DNA of 64,000 bases, taken from contig JBHGNT010000009.1 of assembly GCA_043228905.1 (NCBI GenBank), forward strand, positions 18,290,001-18,354,000, written 5' to 3'. The position numbers and the translations under genes were made by a program. The notes beneath the pieces were generated by a model that searched no databases, was not told the origin of the DNA, and saw only the letters and a program-made list of their open reading frames with translations. Origin of the DNA: Azolla caroliniana (Eukaryota > Plantae > Polypodiophyta). This document shows positions 12,927 through 25,395 of this stretch, piece by piece. Position 1 is the stretch's first letter. Each line of letters opens with the position of its first letter.

Positions 12927-13110
12927 GCCCATATGGATGTAGCTCAATTGGTAACACTACTCGATGGAGGCTAGGAGGTTATGGGTTCAACCCCGACATC
13001 TAGTAAATTAAGAGGATATGTGTGGAGTAATAGAGAGATGAGAAAATTGGGTTTCGAACCCAAGTAATGTAACTTGGTTACAACTTACCATTAGGGTAAA
13101 GCAATGAAAA
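12927..13110 (+). mobile_element. SINE-like element with two convergent tRNA-derived modules
   Basis: Plus strand GGATGTAGCTCAATTGGTAA (box A) ... GGTTCAACCC (box B) GACATC. Minus strand TACCCTAATGGTAA ... GGTTCGAAACCC. Purine-rich tail. Confidence 0.7.
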
Positions 13111-13249
13111 CAAAAGAAAAAGAGAGGGAGGGAGAAACCTTCCTTCTACCTATCTTAGGGAAACTGGGATTCGGTAGGGTGAATCCCTTCTCATATAGAA
13201 GGATCGATCCTCACATCACCCCCAGAACACACAAAATAAAGTATGATTG

Positions 13250-13800
13250 ACTAATTGCTCCGTGTCCTCATTAATATTGGACCTTCTCTCATCAAGCTAA
13301 TGCTTAAAAGTCTAGAAGGATGATTCTAGTAACAATCAGATTTCTCATGGATGAAGGAACTATCCATCCTCATTTGTGTTTCCAACAATATTGAAATTTC
13401 TCTAATCAAACTTCACTTTTTATCGAGCCAATGCTTAAAAGTTGGGGTGTTTCTAGTAACAATTGGATTACTTTTTATCAAGCCAATGCTTAAAAGTTGG
13501 GGTGCCTCTAGTAACAGTTGGATTTCTCACGATGAAGGAACTATCTCTCATCGTTTGTGTTCCCCCATTAATATGGGACCTTCTTTGGTCAGACTTTGCT
13601 TTTTATCAAGCCAATGCTTAAAACTCGGGGTGTTTGTAGTAACAATTGGGATTTCCCACAATGAAGGAACTATCCTTCCTCATTTGTGTCGCCGTTAATA
13701 TTGAACCTTCTCCGATCAGACTTCGCTTCTATATCAAGCCATTGCTTAAAAGTCAGGGTGTTTCTAATAACAATCTGATTTCCCACGATGATGGTTCTAG
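13250..13800. repeat. Degenerate tandem array of ~115-130-bp units
   Basis: Recurrent ATCAAGCCAATGCTTAAAAGT-GGGGTGTTTCTAGTAACAAT-GATTTC-CACGATGAAGGAACTATC motifs, about 4-5 copies. Confidence 0.75.
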
Positions 13801-14724
13801 TAAATTTAGAATTCACAAGTCAAATGATGTGATGAAAAAAAATCATAATTTGAGAGCATACCCATACAAAGTGTATTGAGATGCTAGTCCTACCATAATC
13901 TAAAAAAGTGATAAAAGTTTGCACAAAATGATAAAACCCAAACAAGCCCAATACATAAATATTAGGCAATTATTTCAATCAAGGTTGTGCCGACCATTTA
14001 TCTAATAAATGAGTCCCTACTAGAACTTGGTAAATAACTAATTGCTATGGTTTTCCATGTCACAAGCTATAACCTCTTTAAAGATTGATGTTCACCTTCA
14101 AAGAACAAGATATACCATACTTGCACAACTTGGCTTAACCTTTGAAACCAACATGTGAATATTGAGGCAACATATAATTATCCTTAGCTATCTCAACGAG
14201 CCAAAGGAGGCTTCAATGCTATTAAGAGTTTATTGCTAATCAAAATACCAATTTTAAGTAAAAGAAAGGTGAATAGATTGGATAGAGAACCCATTCCTTT
14301 AGACCACCCTCGAGTTATGGTAAAGTCATAGCCAACCTACCACCGACTTATCGAACTAATGAATATTAGGATGACTAGTTGAATGTTTTTGCTTGATAAG
14401 GTTGTAACTTGGATGTTCAATGGGCTAGTTGTAAAAATGAGTATGTAAATGGCTAGAACTATAGGGTAGATATGTAAAAAGGGAAAGAGACAGACATTTT
14501 AGGTAATTATGAAATTAGCCTATGATGGATACATCAAGACTTGATATTAGAATACATAATTGTGTAAGGCTTGTTTGTGAGCCACTTAGGAAGTAAAGAG
14601 GTGATGAAAGTATAAGTAAGGTGAAGGAAGCACGATCTCTCTCCATTCCATCACCCCTGCCTATATAAACATCATGTAAAACTTACCTTAAGAGAAGGTG
14701 AGGAAGACAAATATAATTAAGTTA

Positions 14725-14764
<40 letters not shown>

Positions 14765-15459
14765 AAAAAGAAACAAAGGGGTTGTATCAAGGTTCTATGC
14801 AAACACACCATAAAAACATGAGAAATGGAATATGAACTAGTTCTCAATCCTAGTCCCTTATGTTGGTTCTATTGCAAAATGTGACCGCTTTACGAGTGAG
14901 GCAATTTTTAATGATTTTACATTGTAACACATTGAAGGAAAAATAAACGGCATCACTGTGATATTGACCCATATGAAAAGGTGAGATTTGGTCACTAGTG
15001 TAAATCCCTATTTTGTCAAAATGATTTGTAGTGCAACCTCAAAAGTCCCATCTATGTGCCCCATATTTTTGGCACTTAGTGATGAGTCAACATGAGATAC
15101 TATCAAGGCAAGATAGGCAATTATTTATGTGCCCTAAACCCTAAATATGTATCAAGGACCGTAGATTTTTGTCAAGCCTGAATCAACAATTAACTGCAAC
15201 CCAGTTTTTTGACATACAATGTTTTCTTTCACGTGCCACATCAAGATGGATTCCCAACCACGCTTCAAGATGATACTATGCCATATCAGCAATGTGGGGA
15301 TTTTCCATTGAGTAAGAAATGCCCCACTGTATTTCTAAGCACCAAACGATAGATTGTGCCACATTGGCAAGGTCTCTATCGTGAAGGAAATCAAGATCAA
15401 TAAACTTCCTTGTTTCAAAGCGCACGCATGCAGATGATATGACGGATCGATAGCCCAAT

Positions 15460-15760
15460 GCTACATGATCGATGGAGTGGCGAAATGAGTGATCGTGTGA
15501 GTAACTGAATGAAAGACCGATCACCTGCTCGACCACATGACCAATTGAGCGATCGACCGAATGACCGGCTAAACGACGAGTGATCGAGTGAGTAACTGAA
15601 TGAATGACTGATGAACTGATTGACCACATGACCGACTGAGTGATTAGCCGAATGACCGGCCAAATGATGAGTGATCGAGTGAGTAACCGAACCAATGACT
15701 GATCGATCACATGACCGATTGAGTGATTGACCGAATGGCCGGCCAAATGACCGACCACAC
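15460..15760. repeat. Degenerate ~83-91-bp tandem array directly upstream of MAGO
   Basis: CACATGACC unit starts at 15534, 15625 and 15708, with a partial earlier copy. Built from TGAC/CGAN tetramer-like subunits. Confidence 0.8.
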
Positions 15761-15929
15761 GAAGGCTCCCTCTCTCTCTCTCTTGTATTTTTTGAATCAA
15801 ATTTGGCCCTTTCTCTTTCCTTTGATCTTACCGCCCTTTTTTCTCTTCACTAAATATCTGTCTCTCTGTCTCTTTGTCTCTCTTCTTCTGTGTCCGTCTG
15901 TCTATCGCCTGCTCTGGGTAACCCTAGCC

Positions 15930-16148
15930 ATGGCGGATGAGGAGCTCGGCGAGTTCTACGTCCGTTACTACGTCGGCCACAAGGGCAAGTTCGGCCATGA
16001 GTTCCTCGAGTTCGAGTTCCGACCCGATGGCAAGCTTCGCTACGCTAACAATTCCAACTACAAGAACGACACCATGATTCGAAAAGAAGTCTTCCTTACC
16101 CAGTCAGCTCTGCGTGAGTGCCGCCGAATCATCGCTGACAGTGAGGTT

Positions 16149-16195
<47 letters not shown>

Positions 16196-17656
16196 TTTGT
16201 ATATTCTCTCAGATATTCTTCTTTTGGTACAATACCTGCTTCTTTTTTTGGTAAGAGGACGTGCATTTTTCCTGTTTTGTTTTTTGAGACTCTCTTCTTT
16301 TTGCATTTATTGGATGGAAAGAAGCGTGTTTGGATTTATTCGATCTATGAGAATGCATCAGTTTGCTATACCTCAGGATAGATTATTGCATGTTTCGTCT
16401 ATTAAAGACCTTTTCGTTTGTGCTTAAAAGTCCTTCAGATGTCTTCTATGTTCACTACACATGGGTACTATCGTCTAGGAAATATGCAGATCTTTATAGG
16501 TCTGCTGCATCCATATTCTACATTGCAAATAGATGGATGAATTTTCAAGACAATAATGGAACCGCCTTGGTCAGTTCGGTAGGTCCATTTGTTCCAGAAA
16601 AGCATGTCATTATTATGCTGCTGTCGTGTCCAATATCTTGTTATTCCATACATCGTTTGTAAAACTAAGTGCGCATTACAATCACATGGTTTTACAAGTC
16701 TTGTAAAACCATGTGATTGCAATGCGCACTTGGTTTTACAAGATGTAAATTGTCTGTCCTACAAATAACAATCCTGAGTAATGATTAAGGAGAGAGAAAT
16801 GAATGTAACATCTCTTTGCGAGTATATTGTTCATGTGGTATTTACCTACCTTTCTGAATCCTCCATTGTCTTCATCAGAACACTGGCTATTGAAGTGGTG
16901 GGGTCCAATGCAATAGCACACCTCATCTCCTCTGCCTCGCTAAAGCTATTGATACATTAAAGCTGGTCTTTCTTGGGTTTTAAGTCAAGTCAATAAAGTT
17001 TATGTTTATGAAGCAACTGAAAGAAAGTAGTGGGTGATGGTTGTGACCAAACCATATATTGTTTTGGAGCACCTATAAAATGAAGTACAAATTCCTTCAA
17101 TCCTGGTCTTTAAGATATTCCTAATGTAAGGGTTTTATTTTGTCCTTAATATATCATAACCATCAAATATGTATCACTTCATCCGCACATGGAAACTCAT
17201 GTATATTTTATGATTTTATTCAAAAATGTATTAAGAAAGAAGAGTAATTGAGCAGCATTTTTTACCAGCATGGTTTAAAATGGGTCTTCTGCTTCATATT
17301 ATTCAGATTATGAAAGAAGATGATAACAACTGGCCTGAGCCAGACAAAGTGGGTTGCCAGGAGCTTGAAATTGTGATGGGCAATGATCACATCTCTTTCA
17401 CAACATCCAAAATCGGTTCCCTTCTTGACGTGCAAAGCAGCAAGGATCCTGAGGGTCTTCGCATATTTTATTATCTAGTGCAGGTAGGACTTTGCACTTA
17501 ATGGTGTTTTGCTTGAAAAAAAGACTTGATGTTAATATGTTTGTGATTGTCGATGTCATTTTCTTATGGCTTGTTTTTTATGCTTTATATATGCAGGATT
17601 TGAAGTGCTTTGTTTTCTCCCTCATTGGCTTGCATTTCAAAATAAAGCCAATTTAA
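15930..17656 (+). CDS. MAGO: Mago nashi, exon junction complex core protein, 150 aa; exons 15930-16145, 17307-17483, 17597-17656
   Basis: [46 protein letters not shown]...[13 protein letters not shown]...[15 protein letters not shown]|[19 protein letters not shown], with canonical phase-0 introns. Confidence 0.98.
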
Positions 17657-18756
17657 TGTTCCCCAAAGCTGCCCTGCCTGTGTTTGAAGGATGGGCAAGT
17701 GTTAGAATTTAGTGTAGTTGGGTATGCGCATTGGAGGTTTTGGCTGGACACTTGAGAATTTCATTGAAATTGGAACATGCTTGGGCTTTGATACATGTAC
17801 AGAAGAATTTGAGTCTTTAATGATATGCCAGGTCTTATGTTTATGTTCTTTACTAGAGTACCCGCAACGCAATCTGCACATAATATTCTCTTCTGTCAGT
17901 AAATTAATTTTCAAAGTTCAATTATTCTTAGAATCATATAAAGATCATCGATAGGATTGTACATATTTATGTAATACTGAGCAACATAGATCGTTATCTC
18001 TTATATAATTAGGATGTTGACTTATGGAAAATGGTAGATTAAGATGGAGATGTCTTGTAAAAGGCGAGACAGATGGGATGTACTTTACTAAGGCGCTCTA
18101 GTCAAGTTGTCATTTTCAGATTGTTTGTTGTATTCAAAACCAAGCAAGGCCAATGCTATTAAAGATACAACATGCAGATTGAATCAAAGCTAGTGAAGAC
18201 CAAATAATTTGAAGATATTACATACAAGTTTTGAATCAATCAATGTCAATAGTCTGCTTGATATACTACTAAGGTGCTCTATTGAAGTTGTCATTTTCAG
18301 ATTGTTTGTTTGTATTCAAAACCAAGCAAGGCCAATGATATTAAAGATACAACATGCAGATTGAATCAAAGCTAATGAAGACCAAATAATTTGAAGATAT
18401 TACATACAGCTTTTGAATCAATTAACGTCAATAGTCTGCTTGGTCTCTTGATCGAATTCTCTTTCACATCCTTAGGTTACCTTGCAAAACAATGTACCCT
18501 TGTGTGACTTTTAATCATGCAAACATGTCACACCGAACCATTGCAATCTTTAAAAGAAATCTGTATGAATAAATTTCATTACAATATTGATTGCTATTTT
18601 ACAAGGTGGAAGTTATGATTTAGAGCAATAAGTTAAGTTTCCTGACAAGTCAGGCAAGGATTAATTTCTAGGAATAAATTGTTTAAATAATTTCTATGGA
18701 CAATAATACAAGATAATTTCTCCACGTGTATATATACACACTACACAACTCCGGTT

Positions 18757-21700
18757 CTATTCCACAAAAGCCACAGAATCAGACATATTAGGAGTAGCAA
18801 ACGTTGTGCTTTTAGAGCTTGATTCTGTCACCCAAACTAATGCATCTTGGTAGCCTATATCATAGAAATGATCTAGAATGTCATCTGATGCAGGCTCCAG
18901 TGCCCAGCTAAGGAGCTGAAACAAAAAAGAAAAATGGATAAAGTCATAGAACTTTAGTGGAAACAAACCGAAAAGATTTTTAATAACTCTCAAATACCTC
19001 AAAAATCAGAGAATGAGGACGAATTGAGCATATAATCAAATCTCATATAGCACATATATAATTGCTCAATTGGGAATTTGGGGAAACAATGAAAAACTAA
19101 AAGAAAATTTCACAAATATTACTTGTCTGGTAGATGCATTCTCCCTTGTAGGACTACAATCTGGACTGATCCCAACACCGTTTAAGCCTAGTTTAGAAGC
19201 CGAAAAGGCACAAACTCTAACCTGTACATTTGGAACATCTATGTATCAATTTAGAACTTGTATTTATAACCTTTCCATTCTGGGCATTAGTATTGTTATA
19301 CACATACAGTTCTATTCGCCGAAGTCTCTGGCATGAATTGGGTGATTCCTCCATCTACACAAACCCTTCTTCTGTATAATGTAACTGGGCGAGGAGCAAA
19401 GTATCTGTTGCGATAAAAAATGTAGTGGAATAAATTTTAGCTGTTTGAAAAATACTCTCTACATAAACTCAGCCCATCCACTTTGTTATAGACCAAAACA
19501 AAATAATAAAAACACTGGTAACTTCAACTTGTAATATGAAAAATAGACCTTGAGCACATATACGTAACAAGAACAGTTCCTCTGCAACAATATGAAGTTC
19601 TTGTCTAAAATGACCATAAACAAATCCCTTTGTCCCATGTTCATAACTTAAATATCAATAGCATAACATATAAAGTCGAAAAGATACCCAGGTATGAAAC
19701 AAGATGTGAGAAGACCATCAATTAAATCCGTTTTGGAGTCGAAATGGCTTACTATCAATGCCTTTGGCGACCGAAACACTTGAGTGATTGCAACTGCATT
19801 TATCAATTTATTAATTCATCAAACACACAATTGCTGTAAATTGAATTGAATATGTGAAACATATATTTTCATTGCTTTTATTAGTTTTAGCATGATGTTG
19901 TAAGAGTCTAGAGATGCAATTTTAACTGCATTTCAAAATTGGGTACGTATAAGGTTTAGAAGACTTTAGTATACTCAACATAAAGAAAAAAAGATTTCAA
20001 TTTTGCAAAGACTCTACAGGGGCATAAGAAAAAAACACATTCAGAGAAACGTTTCCCTAAAAATTGGAAATTTTCATTTTGTGGAAGATCACAAATTTTA
20101 AGTACTATCACCTCGTATCCTTCCACTTGTTCGGACGTGCGCATCCTCAGGTAGACACTCCTCAAGGGATCTCCTTAAGGCCCTCTGTAACAGTACTACC
20201 AAATTAGCCCTATTATAAGTTTATGACCAAGTTCCCATTACACAAAAGCAGCAGCAAAAATGCAGAGGGTTATCCACATAATATTAGAGTTCAATTATAT
20301 CAGAACCCAAATTGGGGTCCAAGGTTCTGTTAATTAAAAAATGAAGTATTTTTCTTTTACTCTGCAGACTATAAAAGGCAACCCAGTCACACCTCAAGAT
20401 ATCCACTTACCCCAAAAAGTTCAAGATCTTCATGTAGCTCTACATTTTAAACGTATGTAAACAAAAAAAGGACTCAAAGAAAAACATGAGTACCCCCAGT
20501 CTAAATGCTGTTCCATTCTTGCGGCAATCTGCAGCAAGTTCTTTTGTGGCAAGCATAGCATCATCCATTGTCAGGCCGCTAGCAATGACTGCAGACACAA
20601 GAGCCCCTGCAGAAGAACCCGCCAAAGGTGTATTTTCCTGGAAAAGGATATACAATCAAAGTTCAGAAAAACACATTTCCATCCCTATTTCATTGCCTAC
20701 TTTTTGTACACAATCAGAGGTTAAGAATTCAGAAAACAAAATATTTTATCACCTACTTTTTGAAGAAGGATGACACATTTTTGGTCCAGTTTTTACAACT
20801 CTTTGGAGAAGGATACATAATTTGAGACTTAGAAAACATGTCAGCCCCCAATTTACAAATGTTTGGATAATAATACACAATTGGAACTTAAAAACTTGTT
20901 TTTGAAAACAATTTGTAAAAGAATATGCGATTGGAGCTAAAAAACAATTGTTCTTGCCAATTTTTACAATTTGTTTTCTAAAATGAAAACACAGATGGAG
21001 TTTAAAGAAACAAATATCCAGCCTATCTACATATGTTTATGGAAAAAGACTTGCAACTGGTGCTCACAAAACACACAATCGGAGCTTTAAAAACACATGC
21101 CCCCTTCCTTATATTCATGTAAGAAGACCTTAGAAAAAGAATAGAAAATTGGAGCTTAAAAACATACCTTTCCCCTATTTTCAACAATGATCCACAAAGA
21201 CTGATTTTAGAATGATGCACAAAGAACGATTTTAACCCCCTTTTTGTTTACAGTTCTATATTTTTATACGAGCAGCACAGAATATATGCATACCGTGATG
21301 TATCCGTGCTCGATGAGGCATCGTGCAACTCCGATGTGATAAGGGAACAAAAATCCAGCCGCTGAGAAGCTAAAACCGGGACTAATGAGACCAGGTCGAA
21401 CATAAGGCGTATCATGTTCCGTTTCTGTTTCTCGCGAAGATGCAACAATTTCTTCACTAACTCCCAGCAACGCTTGTCTCGAGTTGTCAGCCGAAGACTC
21501 ATCTCCGATTGACGATGGAGTTTCTGAAGAGTCCCCAGAGATTGATGAAGAAGATTCCGAAGGGGAATCTTCTCCATCCCATGAGGAATATTCCGACAAA
21601 TGTTCTCTGAGCGGCGAAGGAGACATCAAAAGGGACTTTGGCGAGGAAGTGAACTTGGAGGAATCTTCAGAGTTGAACCTGGAAACAGCAATGGAGGTAA

Positions 21701-22010
21701 GGGCCCGGACCATTCCAGTCCGGAGGGCAGAGACTGCATTTCGAGGAGAGACAAAGCTACGATATCCGTTCGAATCGTGGTCTTGAAGGCGTTCATTATC
21801 ATCATCATCGTCTTCTTCTTCTTCTTCTTCTGGGTCTAGGGCATCATGATCGATATGATGAGAGGTAGAACGGCGAACAGCACGCAGAGAGGGAGGATAG
21901 GTGAGGTGAAGAGGTGGGGGGGGTCTACGGCTGCATGGCCATCGGAGGGGCAGCACAGAGGAGAGGGAGGTAGGAGGAGAGGCCTGCAGAAGGAGGAGGC
22001 CTCCTTGCAT
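18757..22010 (-). CDS. Patatin-like phospholipase/triacylglycerol lipase (ATGL-like), ~464 aa, probable transit peptide; exons 22010-21294, 20637-20494, 20184-20112, 19793-19688, 19404-19308, 19221-19123, 18915-18757
   Basis: FSAAGFLFPYHIGV loop, GSSAG nucleophile motif, SCFIPG and VDGG. Seven GT-AG exons sum to 1395 nt in frame. Ser/Pro/Arg-rich N-terminus. Confidence 0.92.
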
Positions 22011-22153
22011 CGTCTCCTTCTTCCTTCTTCCTTTCTTCTTCTTCTTCTTCTTCTTCCTTTTCTTCTTCTTCTTCTTCTTCTTCAATGTGTGTGTGTGTGT
22101 GTATTGTGTTATTGAAGAGGGGAGAGAGAGAGAGAGAGAGTGAGTGAGTGTGT

Positions 22154-22314
22154 GTCATGGGTTCAACCCCTACATTCCACAGTGGCATCTAGTGAAATAG
22201 AGATACATATAAAGTATATAATAGAGAGGTGAGGAAATTGGGTTTCGAACCCAAGACACAGTGCTTGTAGTGTTATCGACTTACCACTAGGGTAAGCTAA
22301 TTACGATAAAAAAA
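22154..22314 (+). mobile_element. 5'-truncated copy of the double-tRNA SINE-like family
   Basis: Starts at GTCATGGGTTCAACCCC (box B), includes the antisense tRNA-like module and ends in an A-rich tail within GA/GT microsatellites. Confidence 0.75.
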
Positions 22315-22337
22315 GAGAGTGAGTGAGTGTGTATTTT

Positions 22338-22375
<38 letters not shown>

Positions 22376-22455
22376 GTGAGTGTGTGTTTTGTTGGAGAGA
22401 GAGAGAGAGTGAGTGAGTGAATGTATGTTTTCTTGGAGAGAGAGAGAGATGACGT

Positions 22456-22775
22456 GCCAAATGGATGTAGCTCAGTTGGTAAGGTTGCCCAATGGAGGCC
22501 ACGTGGTCATGGGTTCAACCCCTATATTCCACAGTGGCATCTAGAGAATTAAGAGTATATGAAGTATATACTAGAGAGGTGAGGAAATTAGGTTTCGAAC
22601 CCATGACGTAACGCAGGGTTCAACCCCTACATTCCATAGTGGCATCTAGAGAATTAAGAGTATATGAAGTATATAATAGAGAGGTGAGGAAATTAGGTTT
22701 TGAACCCATGACATAACGCAGTGCTTGTAGTGTTAACAAATTACCACTAGGGTAAGGTAATTACGAGAAAAGAGG
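22456..22775 (+). mobile_element. Full-length double-tRNA SINE-like copy with internal ~108-bp duplication
   Basis: GGATGTAGCTCAGTTGGTAA...GGTTCAACCC head plus antisense TACCCTAGTGGTAA...GGTTCAAAACC. Candidate 14-bp TSD GAGAGAGATGA(C/T)GT at 22442-22455 and 22776-22789. Confidence 0.75.
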
Positions 22776-23043
22776 GAGAGAGATGATGTCTCCTAGATTT
22801 TCATTATTGCAAGATATGTGTTTAGACTCACAACCATTGGATATGTAGTGTTTCAATATATATTTCATTCACAACGAGGTTTTAAACGCATGGGAGGACA
22901 ACGATTAAAAGGCTTCATCATGGCAGTTACTGGAGCGTGCATTTGTGATAAAGAGCAATGACTCGAGATCAGGCTAAAAAGATAAAAGAAAGAAGAAATA
23001 GAGGCGCACAATCAAAGAAACTGTAAAAAAGGAGTAAAGAAGA

Positions 23044-23051
<8 letters not shown>

Positions 23052-23118
<67 letters not shown>

Positions 23119-23136
23119 TTAGGGTTTAGGGTTTAG
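23052..23136. repeat. Long (GA)n microsatellite followed by three AGGGTTT telomere-type repeats
   Basis: Read directly. AGGGTTT x3 at 23114-23134. Confidence 0.9.
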
Positions 23137-24585
23137 AGTCTATGTGTGTTGTCACCAATACCTCCTCCATGAACAACATGCCGAGGCTAGCAATTTGTGG
23201 CAGTGAACCACGAAAACACGCAACTCTATCATTTAAACAATTCAACTTGGCCTATGGTGTTGCAGGGTTTGATTTGGTACAATTCGGTTCAAGCCATTAT
23301 CAAACAACTTCTAATGGTTGTGGTTTAAAGGACTTCAAACCTCGGCTTCAACAACTTCAATCTTATGCAGACTATACGACTTCAAACCACAACTTAAACA
23401 ATGTAGGGTTATGGGCATTTGAAGAGATTAGTGCATGACCTCCAATGAGCACTTAGCACTAATCTCACTTACAAGTATGGAAGAGAAATAGGGAGCAAGA
23501 GTATAAGTCTTTAAGGTGGGGAAGAAGTTCAAGAAAAAGATCCAAAAACATTTACATGGGATCTTTATGGTTCCTTTACAAAAGTGTTACCCCCTTTTCC
23601 ACTAGCTTTATAACTCTCTCTTTTATTCCTCTTCTCTTGGTCCCACATTGCCTCCTTAGTACAAATGTCTATATCCTTGTTGGTAGTGCTACATGCGACT
23701 AGTACTTAACATTACCAAGACAAGCTTTGCCATACACTTAAATTCAAACTTTGAGGATTTTTTTTTTCTACCAATATAGGAGTCGTAGGGTTGTGAGGAT
23801 GTATATACCTTTGATGGAAGAGAGTTTACTGTATCCTTTGCACTCTATCCGTTGCCAATTCAATAGTCTCCAACTTTGTTGCCAAGAGAACAATAAATGT
23901 TGAACCTCAATAGATTTTGAGCATTTAAATGGTGGAGCACTATTGAAGTGATATAGGCAACAATGATTCTTAGGATTTCTTGCTTTATGCCGTTACTACC
24001 ATGTAAAAGAAGTCACATGATCAATTGCATCATCTACAAAAGTATATATTATGGAGGAACAAGTTAAGAAGACCATCAATGGCTTGAAGCATTCAAATTT
24101 ATCCAAAGATTGTATACTTGATATACAAGTCAAACATTGATATGGTAATATATCAACACTAATAGGGTGACCTACTTGGAAACAATTGTTACCTTGATCT
24201 AATATTTGGCAATGGCATCCTAGGTTCACCAAATCTCATTTGGTTGATCAAATAACCACAAACTTATGATATTAATGTCGAGGCAAATACCTTACACACT
24301 TCCATAACTTTAACAATATTGTTGGAAAGAGCTTTTAGGAATAAGAAAGGATCATGTACAAGTGCCTGAGATATTAATGTTCCCCAATGGGAGAGCAAGT
24401 CCAACAAATTAAGCATCTTAACAAGATTTGGGCGAGTAGCAATGGCAAAGAAGAATAGGCTAAACATGCATTTTTGTCATATTGTTTATGTGAAAGGTAT
24501 TGCCATGGTCACTCAACTATTTGGCATAACATGAGACACTACACATAACCCTAACATGAAAGCGATGGTTGACATCCTTGCACCA

Positions 24586-25074
24586 TGTTGTCCATAGGCC
24601 AAAAATAGAAATTAGTTAAATATAATACGCCGGAAGTAAGGCGAGTAGGTAAGGGAGAATTAGGTAAAACGCCGAGTTTCGAGCCTCACAGTCAACCGAC
24701 CGCTCGACGCTGTATGAAGGAAAAGAAGTATATAAACCGAGGTCTGCGTACCTCGGCAAGGGAGAGATATTCAGAGCCTAGGCGAGGTCGTTTCATAGAT
24801 ATAGGAGCTTTGTAAGGCTACCGGCTGTGGGCCGTGTTTTTTGTAAACATCGCTAACGATTACAGTAATACATATCTATTTGCTCTTGTTGTTTTCATCT
24901 GTGTGTCGTCGTTTCTAAGGTCTCAACTACGTATACAACCCGGGCTCTATTCCGGGTATGCTCTTCGTGTTCTTCCCTTAATGACACCCCGTGCACAAGT
25001 CTTCACGATTACACTTCCCTTGATACCGATAGCTCGTAGGCATCTCGAAGGTGTTTCCGGTAGAACGGTTAACA
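24586..25074 (+). repeat. 5' LTR of element A
   Basis: Direct repeat of 59917-60405, TATATAAA near 24729, followed by the PBS. Confidence 0.95.
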
Positions 25075-25395
25075 CAATTTGGCACGCCCGATTACAGTTG
25101 AGATCACAGCGAACTATGTTGAAGACAACCTTCAGCCGCCATTACGGCGCCCAATCGCATCAAGCGGTCTCGGCCATCTGGCTGACGCCCTGAGCCAGTC
25201 GAAGGCACTTCCGACTCGGCGGTCACAGACCAGTCCTTCCCAGAAACATTGGAGGCTCACCGGTTGCAATCCTCGCCACCTGCTACTCGGTCGCGAGTCG
25301 AGTCCACACCAACCTCCCCACCTAGCCCTCCAGAGGTCACCCACCCTGACCCTAACCCTTTTCCGGCTTTACTGGGAGACTCCGAATTAGATACC

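Noticed and set aside
12934-13002. Functional tRNA-Ala gene
   Set aside because: The anticodon arm does not pair and copies differ by indels. It is better explained as a SINE head.
13890-14700. L1 ORF1/zinc-knuckle relic
   Set aside because: Too decayed to support from sequence alone.
15723-15929. N-terminal extension of MAGO in the 234-aa ORF
   Set aside because: It starts at a non-ATG codon within repeat and CT-leader sequence. The conserved protein starts at ATG 15930, and the ORF tail is intron read-through.
22011-22085. Poly-Lys N-terminus of the lipase ORF
   Set aside because: It is a translation of a (GAA)n microsatellite from a TTG start. The first ATG is at 22010.
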